A stretch of DNA of 62,972 nt, filler included, from Asterionella formosa (GCA_002256025.1; 14 parts of 14 records of this genome joined end to end with filler, not necessarily neighbours in it), one strand, 5' to 3'. Positions 50,076-62,972 are shown, counted from the whole stretch's first letter. Notes: generated from the letters alone by a model not told the origin. A program made the numbers and translations.

Positions 50076-51159
50076 CCACAACATTTGTGGAAAAAGCAAC
50101 ATTAACCATTACCCTCACAGACTTTTCCGCTAAAATTAACTGATGTGTTTCTTTATTTCTTGTCGCTCTTTCATGTAAATGTTTATGAATTCCTTTGTCG
50201 AAACATTTCAATTGATCCACATCCTTACTAGTAAAAAGGTCGACGCCTCGACCTGTTCAATTACTTTCCTATCAGCCACCCCAACAATTTTGCAATTCTT
50301 TGGAAAGCAGCTATCGTGAATTATCTCCAGATTTGTAACAACGATGTCTGGAATTTCCTTTAGTGTACTACCTTTCGCTTTCGCTTTCGCTTTGGAACAG
50401 GAAGACTGCTTAATATCAAGCAGATCGGAATCAGTAGACTCTGTGGAGATAGAAACAAGATCTAGAACACAAACTTGACGATCTTCATTTCCAACTATCT
50501 CGTTGTCAATAAACTGTGTAGATTTAGACACAGAACACATGACGGCGATATTCTCTACTTGTAATGACAGGAATGACTTATTCCATCGGCTGGTAAGGAA
50601 ACCCAATTTCGACGATGCTTTTCAAATGTGGCCGAAATAATGCCAAGAATCTTATTCCTCTTTTCCTCTGTATCAATACCGGTACTAAAAACTTTGGTAA
50701 ATGTACAGGGATCTTAACTATAAACTCCCCAATGTCGGAGCACTTCATCAACACCATTGGAGTCATCTTGACTACTGTTGTAGCTGTACGCCATTGCTCG
50801 ATATTGAAAAATAAATGGTGCTACCAGGTACCAGGTACCAGGTACTCAACATTCTAATATTTTATACATATAATACATGCCGGTAAATATATGTGGGACG
50901 GAATACACTAGTATATATTTAGTATATAAATAAGAGAGTAAATGCATACTGGTATAGCAATGAAGTCATAACATAAACTATAGGCCTTATTGCAAATCTT
51001 GCCAAATAACGAGAATTCTCAAAACAATGGGATAGTACATAGCTAATAATGATGGTGTGATTGTCATTTCGAACCCACTTCTATTCATGATTCATGTTAA
51101 ATTTCTTGATTGATTCTGTAGAAGAGATGATGCAGCTGTTTCTTGATTCGTGATGTCTG

Positions 51160-51940
51160 TGCACTCTTCTCCCACTTTCATTATTCCTAAAAAGGATGGA
51201 AGTGTCCGATGGGTATCAGATTTTCATGAGCTCAATAAAGTCATCAATCGCAATATACATATCCTTTGCCTCGAATACAAACTATTCTCACTAAACGTTC
51301 TGGATATGTATTCTTCACCAAATTGGATGTTTCTATGCAATACTATACTTTTGCATTAGATGTGGAGAGTCAAAGTCTGTGCGTTATTTCCGCTCCATTT
51401 GGTTTATATAAATATTTACGTCTCTCTATGGGGGTGAAACAATCATCTGATATTGCACAAGAAACTATGGAACAGATCCTTAGTGATTGAGATGATGTGG
51501 GTTGTGTTTCAATAAATTTTTGGGATCACATTCATCTATTGGACACTCTTTTACATCGTTTACAGACAAATGGTTTTACAATTAATCTATCTAAGTGTGA
51601 ATGGGCAGTCCAAGAGACAGTTTGGTTAGGCTATTGGTTAACTCCTAATGGACTGAAACATTGGTCTAAAAAGGTCCGAGCATTGATTAATATGTCTTCA
51701 CCTACCAATCTTTAACAGGTCAGATCATTTCTTGGTGCTGTTACATACTATCGAGACATGTCTCCTAGACGATCTCATGTTCTTGGACCACTTGCAGATT
51801 TAATTGGAACTAGTCCATTTGTCTGGTTACCTATACATCAACAAGCTTTTGAAGAAATGAAAGCGTTGTTGGTTGCAGATAAACTCATGCGTTATCCTGA
51901 TCATAATCTTCCTTTTCATATCTTTACTGATGCCTCTGCA
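51160..51940 (+). pseudogene. Ty3/Gypsy pol fragment (RT to start of RNase H), degenerate
   Basis: [68 protein letters not shown]. The YxDD region is disrupted and stops/frameshifts are present. Confidence 0.92.
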
Positions 51941-52153
51941 GTGGGTCGCTTCCATAGGTATATTGTTGATTGTTGTTGTTCTCAATTGATGTTCATATTT
52001 GGCTGAGTCGGAACCCCTAGTACTACCGCTATAGCTATTAGCAGTAGCCACATCAAAACATCATATCAGACAATGAAGAAATAGTTTATGCATCTAAAGA
52101 GAGATGCATGGTGAAGGAGCTTCCAAGGTCAACTGCACGTAACTGCCCTGGAT

Positions 52154-53013
52154 GTGGGTATAGCATTCAGAGGGAACACAAGAGCGAAATCAACAATGAG
52201 CCAGCACCAGTCTGAACATGAAGTCTTTCTGTTATATCTTTATAAACATGAGGACCAGCTACTAGGACCAGAGTTTCTAGCGCAAATCAGATATATCACT
52301 GATGATATTGACAAAATTACCATTCATATGAAGAAAGCAAGATCAGTGATATGCAGTTTTCTTGAAAGGGAAGTCTCTACAGGATTGCATCCAATTAAAT
52401 TTGAGGACTTAAAGCTTACTGACTTTGCAAAGTATCTTGTTACCCTCAGCAATCCAGTGACAGGCTGTCTACTTAGTCAGAAGATGTATAAAAACAAGAA
52501 AACATCACTTTACAACCTGTTTATGAAGTATAAGATGAAATCTACAGATGACTTTGATGATGAGCTGAAATTCTCATTGCTGGCGTGAAACGAATTACAA
52601 GTAAGGCAAAACAAGATGGGATGGGTAGCCTTGAGGAGGGAAATTGTGAATTGACAATCGACCTGTACCGAAAAATAAACATATGGTTGATTGAAGATGG
52701 CTCTCCATCAGCTGTTTTTTCACATGCATTTTTATGTCTAACTTGGAATTTGATGTGCTGTGTTGATAGTACTGATGGTGTCTGTATCAAGCATTTGGTT
52801 TGGAGTCAAGATGCTGTGGGGATTCGATTTTCTCATACAAAAAATGATCAAGATTGCTCTAAGAATTCCAATCCCCGACACTGCTACACCAACCCTGAAG
52901 ATTTTACATTGTGCCCAACAACTGCATTGTTTGAGTACATGACATGCTTTCCGGAAATTCTACAAGATTCAGATGGTCTACTGTTTCCTGGTGCAGAGCA
53001 GGAGGACCAATGA
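52154..53013 (+). pseudogene. CryptonS-like tyrosine recombinase fragment
   Basis: FLCLTWNLMC(C)...HLVWSQDAVGIRFSHTKNDQ...PRHCYTNP...CP..AL..Y...LFPG. Frameshift at ~52585 and truncated before the H-x-x-R/Y motifs. Confidence 0.78.
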
Positions 53014-54878
53014 TAAACAATGAACACAATGGTGCTGACAAAGTTAATAGTCAAAAAGAGGGGCTACAAAGCTTTAAAAATCCACGATACATAACTGCCA
53101 CTGCTCTGCAGAAGTTAACTCCTGATGTTATAGGGTACACTGCTATCTATTTTAATCGTCATGAAACCCCGTAGATGTAGAGCAATCCTCTTCCAAAAAG
53201 TCGACCCGATCGGTTTTTTCAACAGTCGCTAAAATATTGGAATCGGAATTAGTACGTGCAAAAACGTGCTCGTAGACTTAGAGTCTTGCGAAGGTATGTT
53301 TTGCTGAATCATTCTCTGTCCGAAAAGACTCCAGGGCAAGTTCCCGCGTCACTGCACATATTCTGATTGATTGAATTGAATTTACTCACCTGCTCCAGAT
53401 CGGCTGGAGTATCCCGGTCTTGTAAAATTACGCCAGCCATACTTGAACCACATGTATTAGATGTATTGTACCGGTACTTGGTAGGTAAAAGAAGTACTAC
53501 CGGTAGTTTCATCATTAACCAAGATTATGTACTACCGGTACCGGTATCAGGTACCGGTACCCTGGTACACCGATACTCCGGTATTGGTTTGTATTCCGAT
53601 ATGTGCCTTTGAGTGTACGGTAGAGTAATATTCCTTTTGGGGGGTAGAGTCATATTAAATCTACAGACAGCCACAAAGATTCCATATAAACGGATAAAAA
53701 ATATCATGAGCATACTTTTAGTAATACTCCATAAATGATGTTTAAACGTTTATACTACCGGTATATCTACATTGGTGAATGTAGACATTTTTCTACTCAA
53801 CGCAAAAACACATGTATAAATCAGGAGTACGCCAACATGTACGCTCATCGCTCGTNNNNNNNNNNNNNNNNNNNNNNNNNNNNNNNNNNNNNNNNNNNNT
53901 TAATTAATTAANNNNNNNNNNNNNNNNNNNNNNNNNNNNNNNNNNNNNNNNNNNNTTGATTACCGGTATATGTGAGATTAGTTTACATACCGGTATGGTA
54001 CGAGAGTGAAGTCTGAACAATGAAGTAGCTATCATACATGGTTGTTGAGTCTCAAAGGCGACCCAAAGAAGTTTTTGATTAGTATCGCAAATGCATAGCA
54101 ATGTACCAGAACATCGATGGAGCGTGCATTATATTCATTATTGAACATAAAGAATGCTTGTTTATTCACCGGTATGATAGATAAAAGAGTACATATTTGA
54201 CACAAATATCATGATCAAAACATGTATTACATTCATGTATGAATATATGTATATCGGCATCAGAATGACATCGTGATCATAGCTTTGTAATCCAGCATCA
54301 ATAAAATGAACATTTTCGTTCTTATCCATATGTGTATATATAGAAATACCGGCATACTATATTATAGACTACCGGTATTCGCTCAGGCAAGGAACATAGT
54401 ATCATGATGTTGTAAGAAACATACATTTAACGGTATTCGTCCAACCGCTGACCGTTCATGTTCCTGACAAACACATGTTGTAGAGTAGAGTACCAGGTAC
54501 CTGGTACCTGGTACCAGGTACGGGTAGCTACAAACTATGTATTCCGATTGCCAGGTACCTGGTACCAGGTACCTGGTACCCGGCACATGCAAGTTGCGGT
54601 CATTCAGCTTAAACAAACAATCAAATATAGGATAAAGATAGCTAAAGTTTTAGTTTCAGCACTATTAACCCAGAACTTGCTTGTAAATGGATCAACAGCC
54701 AGCCAGAATCACACAAGTCGTAACGAAAATAAGCTCATAACCTGAAAGGGATTGGCTCAAGTGTACTCCAACAAGACAGCATCATGGTCCTGTTGTTGGC
54801 TGATGATTGCAATACTCGTTGTATTCTTGATTATCTGAACGCTTCCATTGCTTCCCTTCGCACAGCACTCCGAGTAAA

Positions 54879-54995
54879 ATGTCTATCGTTGGAAACAACC
54901 GTGTTGGTATTCCAATTGTCTTGCTGCACGACGCGGAAGGTGCAGTCATTACTGTGGAAACTAAGCAAGGCGAGTTGATTCGAGGTCTGTTGTTT
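54879..54995 (+). CDS. SNRPD3: small nuclear ribonucleoprotein Sm D3 (5' fragment, not in ORF track)
   Basis: Own translation: MSIVGNNRVGIPIVLLHDAEGAVITVETKQGELIRGLLF, matching the SmD3 pattern G.PI..LH.AEG...T.ET..GE..RG.L. Confidence 0.85.
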
Positions 54996-55095
54996 NNNNN
55001 NNNNNNNNNNNNNNNNNNNNNNNNNNNNNNNNNNNNNNNTTAATTAATTAANNNNNNNNNNNNNNNNNNNNNNNNNNNNNNNNNNNNNNNNNNNN

Positions 55096-55723
55096 CTTGC
55101 ACCTCTGACACAAATTTTTGGATGAATGTCATGCTCAGAGAATGTTTTGTGAGGTCTCCACTGTCTACTAGTAGTACCACAAATCTCCAAGATTCTGTTT
55201 GGTCATTGACTTGGTCAAGGATGTCAATCCGGTTCAAAACAACATCTAAACATTGACATCCAACCCATACTTTTTTCTGGCTGCTGGGTGCAAACAATTT
55301 CCTGGCATTTCCAGATTCCCACCAGATATACCATTGTTCACGGATTCAAATTCGCTCCTCCTCTGCAGTAGTCATATCTATTGTTGCTAAGCAGGGGTTT
55401 TTGTTGTTGGGTGAAATTCTAAAAGTGAACTATTGGCCTCATGTCAGCAGGTCATGGAAGGCAAGAAACTTGAGGCAAAGCTTAATTTCCATGCTGCTTC
55501 ACCAGTAGTGAAAGTGTAGATTGGAGCAAGTGATGTTATGGATCCATGGAAATACTGGTGGCTGTTGCTGACCTTTCCCAATCTGGACTGTGTTGCCTGA
55601 TGATGACATGATGTCACCAAAGTTCTTGTTAATGATCCACATCATTGAAGCTTTGTTGACCTCCAGGTCATCCTCAAGTCTGAATTTGGAGTTGATATAC
55701 TGGTACTCCAACACCTGCCTCAT
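55096..55723 (-). pseudogene. possible transposase N-terminal remnant
   Basis: Stop-interrupted frame with WWESGNARKLFAP...VLNRIDILDQVN...WRFVV. The resemblance to diatom transposon proteins is from memory only. Confidence 0.3.
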
Positions 55724-56632
55724 CTCTATTATGTAATCATATGTATGACTCCGGAGTACACCAGTGGTACCAGGTGATGTATCTAACTAGAAGAGGTGCA
55801 TAGTATTTATTGAATATATGAGCTTATTGGTTAATCCCTTTGTGCAACTCAATCTCCTAGGTTGACACTAAAGTATTCAAATAGGTGTTAGTCGAGTTCT
55901 CTCCTGATGGAGTTCTGATATACCGGTATCTTTGAAAACCTGATCCTAAGTGGGTGTGTCTGTACCGGTAGTTGAGTGAGATCGCTCACAAGGTACCAGG
56001 TACCAGGTACCCTGGTACTGAACATGTTACAGAATATATACTGGTAATGATATTGCGATGCAGTTCGAGCCTTTTTCTGCAGGGGAAGAGGGAAAGGAAG
56101 CGATGACGATGTGGCGAGTGGCGGGCCATCATGAANNNNNNNNNNNNNNNNNNNNNNNNNNNNNNNNNNNNNNNNNNNNTTAATTAATTAANNNNNNNNN
56201 NNNNNNNNNNNNNNNNNNNNNNNNNNNNNNNNNNNACAGCCATTCAAAGGGAGTGGACGAAGCCATTCTAGATATTATTTATTGCCTTTGTTTTGGTGGT
56301 TAACGAGTGATTATAAGGCTTTCATCAAATCCACGGCGACTCCTATTCATTCAGATCTGCCTTTACCGGTAGCATTGTTATAGGAAAATAGATGATGTAG
56401 GGACATTGCTGCCATCGCACTGGACTACTGGTACCACTGGTATGCCCACCGGAAATGGTCGTTGCCTGATGCTGCTGCCGTACGCGGTACCTGGTGTGGT
56501 ACAGAATCCATAGTATGTACTTCTTCGATAGGTCTTCTCATCCTGATTGATATCCGCTGTGTATGGGATATATATAAATATATACAAATACATATATATA
56601 CTCCATTTGCAAATATACAGTACCACTTAAAA

Positions 56633-56839
56633 ACTGTAAGCCACCGCTATTTTACTCTATCTTTCGACTAAAAATATTTATGTAATTCAACGATCAAAAC
56701 TTGACGCAAGTACAAAGCTTATGTTAGACAATGCTCTCTGCTATACTATTAAGGAATCAGTTTTGATTCAGTGTATCTAGCCATGAAGAAATAATTTTTC
56801 CAAAGTCACTAAGATTATTGCATAGCGGTGGCTTACAGT
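56633..56839. repeat. 207-bp segment bounded by a perfect 18-bp inverted repeat (MITE-like)
   Basis: ACTGTAAGCCACCGCTAT (56633-56650) and ATAGCGGTGGCTTACAGT (56822-56839). No clear TSD. Confidence 0.6.
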
Positions 56840-57637
56840 GCATATTTTTCTATCTGTACATGAATATATTTTACCCCCAAACCGTGTTTATTTTTACTCC
56901 GTTAATACTACAAAAATTATTTTCTTATTACTTTACGTTTTACACTTTTGCAGGGGCCGCATCATCGTTGGAGAATTCTTCTGATGCATTACATTAATCT
57001 CGAGCTTCTTTGCATCTAATTTCTTGCTTGCGGAGTCTCAAACTTCATCACGGAATGGTGGATCGGCAGTAGCAGTTGTAGAAGGAAAGGGAATAGCAAC
57101 AGGAGGAGGTGCAGTAACAACAACCACAGCAATAGGAGGTGCATGGAGAGGGAATGGCGGCTGCTGGTCACCACGGTGATTGGTATCGTCGAATCTTGTA
57201 ATCAGAGCTTGCCTTGTTTGTGGAACCGGCAAATCCCCTGATCGTTTGTACCAACGCACCATTAATTTCAATTCTNNNNNNNNNNNNNNNNNNNNNNNNN
57301 NNNNNNNNNNNNNNNNNNNTTAATTAATTAANNNNNNNNNNNNNNNNNNNNNNNNNNNNNNNNNNNNNNNNNNNNGTACCAGGTACTTACTATAGCTCTA
57401 TGTACCGGTATTGCATCTCCTATGAAAAGTCGATCCAAGTTCGTGTGACAAGTTCGTTTCCTTCAAAAACTGTATGTAGTATGAATGAAAGATACTCCGT
57501 GCAAAATTACAAAGAATTCATCTATAGTATTGGTATTCACGATTTCTTTTACAGGGTCTGGGCCAGTCTTCAACATCCCATTGTGCCCATTTCTCCTTCT
57601 CGGTTCTTGTCCGTTCCATTCCATTCCAATCTACAAC

Positions 57638-58415
57638 ATGATTGAGCTATCTCAATTCAAGACAACTCGCATCAGTGACAAATGTGACATCGAAGCCATA
57701 AACAGCCACGTTATCGTCGAAGCGGGCAGCCATCAGCATTCTGAATCAAATTGGCCTCTCCCTGCCATCCGCAACCAAAATCGATGTTTCGGGTTCGCCG
57801 TGACTCTTCTCCTACTGGGAGCCGCTGTCTACGTTGTCGCATTAAACTATTCACAACCGGGCCAATACGAAGTTGCAGGAGAGTATAATTCGCAGTATGG
57901 AGCAGTCTCTGATCAAGCCAACAACGCCAAGACAGAAGAAGCTCTGGAGAATAATCAGAGTGCGCAGGGGGGAGCCAGATCGCCATCAGACCATTTTCAT
58001 GGCGACTCAAAGATTCCATGGCAGCATTTTCATCAAGGTGAACACGGCAGGGTACCACCCCTCAACGGTGACAACCGAACTGCCATAAAGTGGGCTGCAC
58101 AAGAAGAGCGGTGGAATCGGACGCATCCAGGACAGCCCTATCCGTATAAGCATGGGTCAGGACACTTTAATCGAACTGGCTTTAAAGGAAATCATGGCGG
58201 AAGACCAAATCATCCGGGGAAAGGTGGACATTGGGGCGACCGACCCAGTGGAATGGGGCCGGACAAGTCCCACACTGATGGCAACCATGGAATGGATTCA
58301 CATGCTAGTACTCCTATTGTCGACCCTCCGACAGAGGCCCCAATGCAGACAACTTCTGTTCCAAGCAAAGCAACTCCTGCTCCAAGCAAAGCAACTGCTG
58401 CTCCAAGCAAAGCAA
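57638..58415 (+). CDS. hypothetical type II membrane protein with His/Gly-rich region and PT/PS repeats (3' partial)
   Basis: Transmembrane segment FGFAVTLLLLGAAVYVVAL, then HG-rich sequence and PTEAP/APSKAT repeats running into the contig end. Confidence 0.7.
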
Positions 58416-58578
58416 NNNNNNNNNNNNNNNNNNNNNNNNNNNNNNNNNNNNNNNNNNNNTTAATTAATTAANNNNNNNNNNNNNNNNNNNNNNNNNNNNN
58501 NNNNNNNNNNNNNNNGTTCAGTCCAGGACAGAACCACCAGATGTTGGTAAAGTTGAAGAGCATCCCTTCATTATTCTA

Positions 58579-58986
58579 GTGAATTACATTTTTTCTCGGG
58601 TAGTGAAGTATGGTGATTATGCTAGCCAAAAACACAAAAAAAATATGGCCTCCATCATGACTGTATCGGATGAAGCATATGCCTTGCTTGTCTTAGAAAA
58701 TAGTTGGGATGTATGGACCCAGAACTATACAACTGGGGATACTGGTAATGAAATTGCTGGCAGTGATGGTGGTTCAGGTGTTTTGGTGAAATGCCTCTAT
58801 ACAAACCATGGAGGAGTTGGCAAACGGTATGGAGGGTGGGAAACAAAGGGTTATGCAAGGTTCAATACAATTTATGATCAAGTCGAGCACCTACGTGAGT
58901 CTGCAAACAGCATTGCTTTGGAGTCTATGTTCATGAATATGCAAAAGAAGGATACAAATGTGACCAAAATGGGAGGTAAGAAATGA
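58579..58986 (+). CDS. hypothetical, likely TE-associated protein fragment (TVSDEA..LL.LEN...YT...GW...G..FN motif)
   Basis: TVSDEAYALLVLENSW...LYT...YGGWETKGYARFN. Recalled as a multicopy family in diatoms and fungi. Confidence 0.5.
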   Translation: MNYIFSRVVKYGDYASQKHKKNMASIMTVSDEAYALLVLENSWDVWTQNYTTGDTGNEIAGSDGGSGVLVKCLYTNHGGVGKRYGGWETKGYARFNTIYDQVEHLRESANSIALESMFMNMQKKDTNVTKMGGKK

Positions 58987-60472
58987 ATTGTTATTATCAA
59001 TATTAGTATTATTCTCATTGAATATCTAACACTAATGTAATCACAATTCTAATGCGGTTAAGTTCTTGCATATATGCCACCAGTGATTAGGGTACAAAAT
59101 GACCTGGGGAACAAGGCAAAAACTCCAAGTACCGCTAGCTAGTATCCCTCCCACAGCCTCTTCAATTAGCGATCTTTCGGGCACTTCACCAGCAACTGAA
59201 AGAAGCAGCACCCCCTTAAGAAATCCAATTCGTATTGATGGTTCTTTCCCACGGCCACCCAACGTGGCCTCGCTACCAACAAGGGAAGGAAATGTGACAC
59301 CATCAGAAAATGAACTTAATGGAATGTCAGGAAGTTCTATTAAAAGCTTATTAAATCGCTCACAAAGTTCGACTAAAACACCCACTACTTTGAACCAGGT
59401 GCAAGTTGACTGGAAATCATCATTGGAAAAGGATTTTATGAATTGTAAGCGCCAAGGGATGGCTATTCTGGTTATGGAAGCCATGACAAAACGTAAGGAA
59501 CGTCATTACCTGACAGTTCCCAAAGAACACCAAGAGATGTTAAAGGCAAACAACANNNNNNNNNNNNNNNNNNNNNNNNNNNNNNNNNNNNNNNNNNNNT
59601 TAATTAATTAANNNNNNNNNNNNNNNNNNNNNNNNNNNNNNNNNNNNNNNNNNNNATTTGGTTTCCGATCAGCGCTATGATCACGGTTCTAATACTATAT
59701 CGCAAAACACAAGGCACTGAAGGGAAGCAAAGGGAACCAACCGAGCGCAATCAACATGGTGATGGTTGTAACAACAAGAGATTCATCGCGCAAAATATTT
59801 AGCTATATTTTTAGAAATAATGGTTTGTACCAGGCCTACTAGAGCTACTATATGTTCTTCGATCATGCACCCAGCCATATTCCTCGATTGTTCACTTATG
59901 TTGTTGCGCCACATACTGCAAAAAATCTGTATCCATCTCAATACCATTAGGAAATATTTTCTCAAATTGCGTCTTGACCAATTCCCATAGGTCGTACTTT
60001 TACTTCAGCAGGTACTGTCACCAGTTCTGCAATAATATTACAACTGCCATTCGAACCTCCATGTTTGGAAACCAGCATTCATATAAGTACCTTCAAGTCA
60101 TTCATGACTTGCAAATACAATACACACATGTCCTAGGTTGGGGCGAGGCAGAAGGCTTTGATCTTCTAGTTGTTGTAATTTTTTCAGAAAAATATGGAAT
60201 TTTGTATTACAGAACATGGCAAGTATTATCAGCTCAGGAATTTGGTTTGCATCTGTTTATATGTGGGAAGCACATTAAAAAGAAATACTGGTATCCATGA
60301 AATATCATCATATTTCCACAAATCACAAGTTCCAAATGAAATTTCTGTTTCAATATTAGTGTAGTAGGCGATTGAAGGAAATGAAATTCATACCTGATAT
60401 CGTTCTGTACAATGATACTGTGTGCCAGGGAATTATGTTGATAGCCAAAGTGATAACTTGTTCAATATTATC

Positions 60473-60694
60473 TTACAGAGTCTCACAAATTCTCATTCTG
60501 GCGCCTTGTGCGCAAAGTCTTGCTGTATTTTCTGCAACTAGCTCAATAGTTCGCAACTGAAGTGCCTTGTTTATCCCCAAGAACCACAGGCCTTCATAAA
60601 ATGCGAACAAGGGTGCTGTGCTTAAGGCTCCTGCCAAGGAATCAAAGAGGGCGGGCTTGGCTCCTTCGATCACCACATGACCAAGATGGATTTG
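60473..60694 (-). CDS. Mpo1/DUF962-family membrane protein (3' fragment)
   Basis: QIHLGHVVIEGAKPALFDSLAGALSTAPLFAFYE matches the Q..GH...E...PAL...L...L..AP.F...E pattern. Confidence 0.8.
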   Translation of the reverse strand, partial: QIHLGHVVIEGAKPALFDSLAGALSTAPLFAFYEGLWFLGINKALQLRTIELVAENTARLCAQGARMRICETL

Positions 60695-60794
60695 NNNNNN
60701 NNNNNNNNNNNNNNNNNNNNNNNNNNNNNNNNNNNNNNTTAATTAATTAANNNNNNNNNNNNNNNNNNNNNNNNNNNNNNNNNNNNNNNNNNNN

Positions 60795-60893
60795 ATAGAT
60801 GGGATAAGGGAGATCAAGTGAGTGTGAGTCTAGTAACTGACCTGACAAACTCTAAAGGAGTTTGTAAGGCGGTTTTGTTAAAAAGTGATTAGA
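60795..60893 (-). repeat. first-exon-like module, copy 3
   Basis: TCTAATCACT...GAGTTTGTCAG|GTCAGT. Confidence 0.65.
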
Positions 60894-61390
60894 AAAGGTG
60901 AAAGTGTTTAAGATAAAGTGGATAGGGAGTGGGAGTGGTGGACATGAACAGTCAAACAGACTGACCAGCACAATCATAAAATGGTGATTCATCTGGCACA
61001 TGAATTTGTATTTGATACTGGTACCGGTATGCTTACCGCTGTGTTGTGATGTACGGAGAATCGGGTCTTTGTGTTACAAAATACCGGTAAATGAAAAGTA
61101 CGTGTACGGAACCTGGTACGAGGTACAGTACATAGTACAGAGCTATAGAGACTGTAGATGACCATACCTGTACCAGTACCAGGTACCTGGTACTTACATT
61201 CTCGTAAATACCGTGTAGCAGGTCGCTATGCATGTAAGACTGATATGAGCGACAATAAACCATACTAATACAACTACTACGTACCGGTAGTAGAAAATAT
61301 TTCATTGTTCCTCATCAGAAGCTCGTCCTCACCTCCTTTCATTTTTTTTCGGGACAAAGAAGTCTATTTGTTGTGATCAAAAGATGCGAT

Positions 61391-61833
61391 ATGGTTGGCG
61401 CTCTGAATCCATCAGGAGACTCCAAAAAGAGAAAACTGCTGCATACTGTTAAACCCGCTGATCATGTTTCAACAACTGTTGCAGCGGGGAGCAAATGCCC
61501 AGACCCTAAGCACTTATTGGCTCGCATTCGAAGAACTCTACCTGTCTTCAAATTTCGGAATGACATCATTACACTTATCAGTGAAAATGATGTCGTTCTT
61601 GTGGCGGCAGAAACAGTGAGTATGATTCAGTATGGTAGAAATTCAGTTAATGACATTGACGCAGGCTAACGTAAAGTTTGTCCATACTTACTTCGTCGTT
61701 ATACTCCACAGGGAAGTGGCAAATCAACCCAAATCCCTGCCTACCTTTATGAAAGCGGACTTTTGCGAAGAGGCTCTAACTCACACACAACTTATGCTAG
61801 AGCTATTTGTGTCACACAGCCGCGAAGAGTCGC
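61391..61833 (+). CDS. DEAH-box RNA helicase (5' fragment); exons 61391-61615 and 61712-61833
   Basis: RRTLPVFKFR...VVLVAAET|GSGKSTQIP...ICVTQPRRV, with a 96-bp GTGAGT...CAG intron splitting Walker A. Confidence 0.92.
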
Positions 61834-61933
61834 NNNNNNNNNNNNNNNNNNNNNNNNNNNNNNNNNNNNNNNNNNNNTTAATTAATTAANNNNNNNNNNN
61901 NNNNNNNNNNNNNNNNNNNNNNNNNNNNNNNNN

Positions 61934-62074
61934 ATCAAGACCAAAGCATATTTGGTCTTGGTCGATGCGGTGGCTAAAATATTTTTGCTTTTTCGACCAA
62001 CACAACGCATCATGACGTGTAATGACCCGCAACTTCAATTGGCTTGGTATTTGGTCGATGCGGTGGCGATGCTC
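61934..62074. mobile_element. Tourist/Harbinger-like MITE right end
   Basis: Duplicated TTGGTCGATGCGGTGGC, ending ...GATGCTC followed by TAA. Confidence 0.45.
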
Positions 62075-62972
62075 TAAATGTTGTCAACCACCCATCTACT
62101 GTGACGTAGGATGACACAAAACCATTAAAAAAAAAGAAAATATTTCTATTAGACTACTTTTATAAATGAAATATTATAATTCCTATTTGGGAATTAGTTA
62201 GTTTTCCCCGCAATTTACCGGTAGTGCCGTAAATATATACCGTATACTCCAACCACACTTCTTCATGATGAAATACAACTGACAGCAGTTTCAGCAACCC
62301 AGACAGAATTGAATGCCGCATACAAAAACAATGGTGTCTTGGTACAAACGAATTGGCGATGCGCCATTACTACCTGCATCTAATCATCTACTGCTTACTT
62401 ACCAGATATATTGATACAATGGGACATGACGATGCACCAGTCCCAGTTGCCAAAGCTAAAAATACCGCCACCAGCAGCCTCAGTTGAAGAGGACAACGAG
62501 GATGAAGTCGTGGTGACAGAAGAATGATTTTTGTGTTCCGCATAATAAATCGACGTCGATTTGTTGTTGTTGTTGTTCTCGCCAGTGTGGTATGGCACTA
62601 CGAACGTACCCGAAAATAAATCAACTCTCAGCGCAACCTTTTATGGCCATACATATAGTCGTAGCTGTGTACTGCACTGGTAGTTAACTAGCCCCTTCGA
62701 CAAAGCTCGCGATGTACATATACCGGTACTTGAGTACAGGGTAGACTGGGTACCAGGTACCAGCACATATTGTCGTAGCCTTGTTGTGCACCGGCACCTT
62801 CGACAAAAAAGCTATGTAGCGATGTACCGGTACTCGTTTAGACTGGGTACCAGGAACCTGGTACATAAAGTCGTCGCTATGTAGTGCAGTGGTAGTTAAC
62901 TAGCACCTTCGACAAAGCTCAGTATATATACTGCCTTGTATAGACTGGGTAATACCATCACCTCTAATAGCT

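Noticed and set aside
62395..62598. Possible first exon of a minus-strand gene
   Set aside because: Low-complexity peptide, and no convincing downstream exon could be joined.

Overview
Eukaryotic nuclear DNA, most likely from a diatom or related stramenopile. This is inferred from the short GT-AG introns, the PPR type, and the CryptonS-like and stramenopile-type Harbinger remnants. The window is not contiguous: 14 contigs (three of ~16.7 kb, eleven of ~1.04 kb) are joined by an artificial 100-bp N44-TTAATTAATTAA-N44 linker, so adjacency across linkers means nothing. Host genes are a frameshifted PPR protein, an NVL/Rix7 AAA ATPase, a fucosyltransferase-like protein, an intronless secreted M66 (StcE/TagA-like) metalloprotease, a coiled-coil protein, Cpn10, an Asp/Asn beta-hydroxylase-domain protein and a GcvR-like tandem-ACT protein. 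Fragments of SmD3, a DEAH helicase and an Mpo1/DUF962 protein are also present. Much of the rest is transposon debris with readable ends. The most notable is a Kolobok-like element (TTAA site, GG terminus) carrying a KolX/P2X7-ballast-like Cys-rich ORF and a deleted transposase, plus its 946-bp MITE. Others are a PIF/Harbinger deletion derivative, two MULE-type MITEs with 9-bp TSDs, a TA-TSD MITE inside a 112-bp tandem repeat, and Gypsy, CryptonS-like and Ulp1-like pseudogenes. Unexplained non-coding patterns include GGTACC/ACCGGT palindrome arrays upstream of nearly every host gene, a dispersed ATG-less first-exon-like module, a 216-bp GC-rich repeat with CpG decay and a 167-bp satellite. All family assignments come from motif recognition by eye, not database searches.
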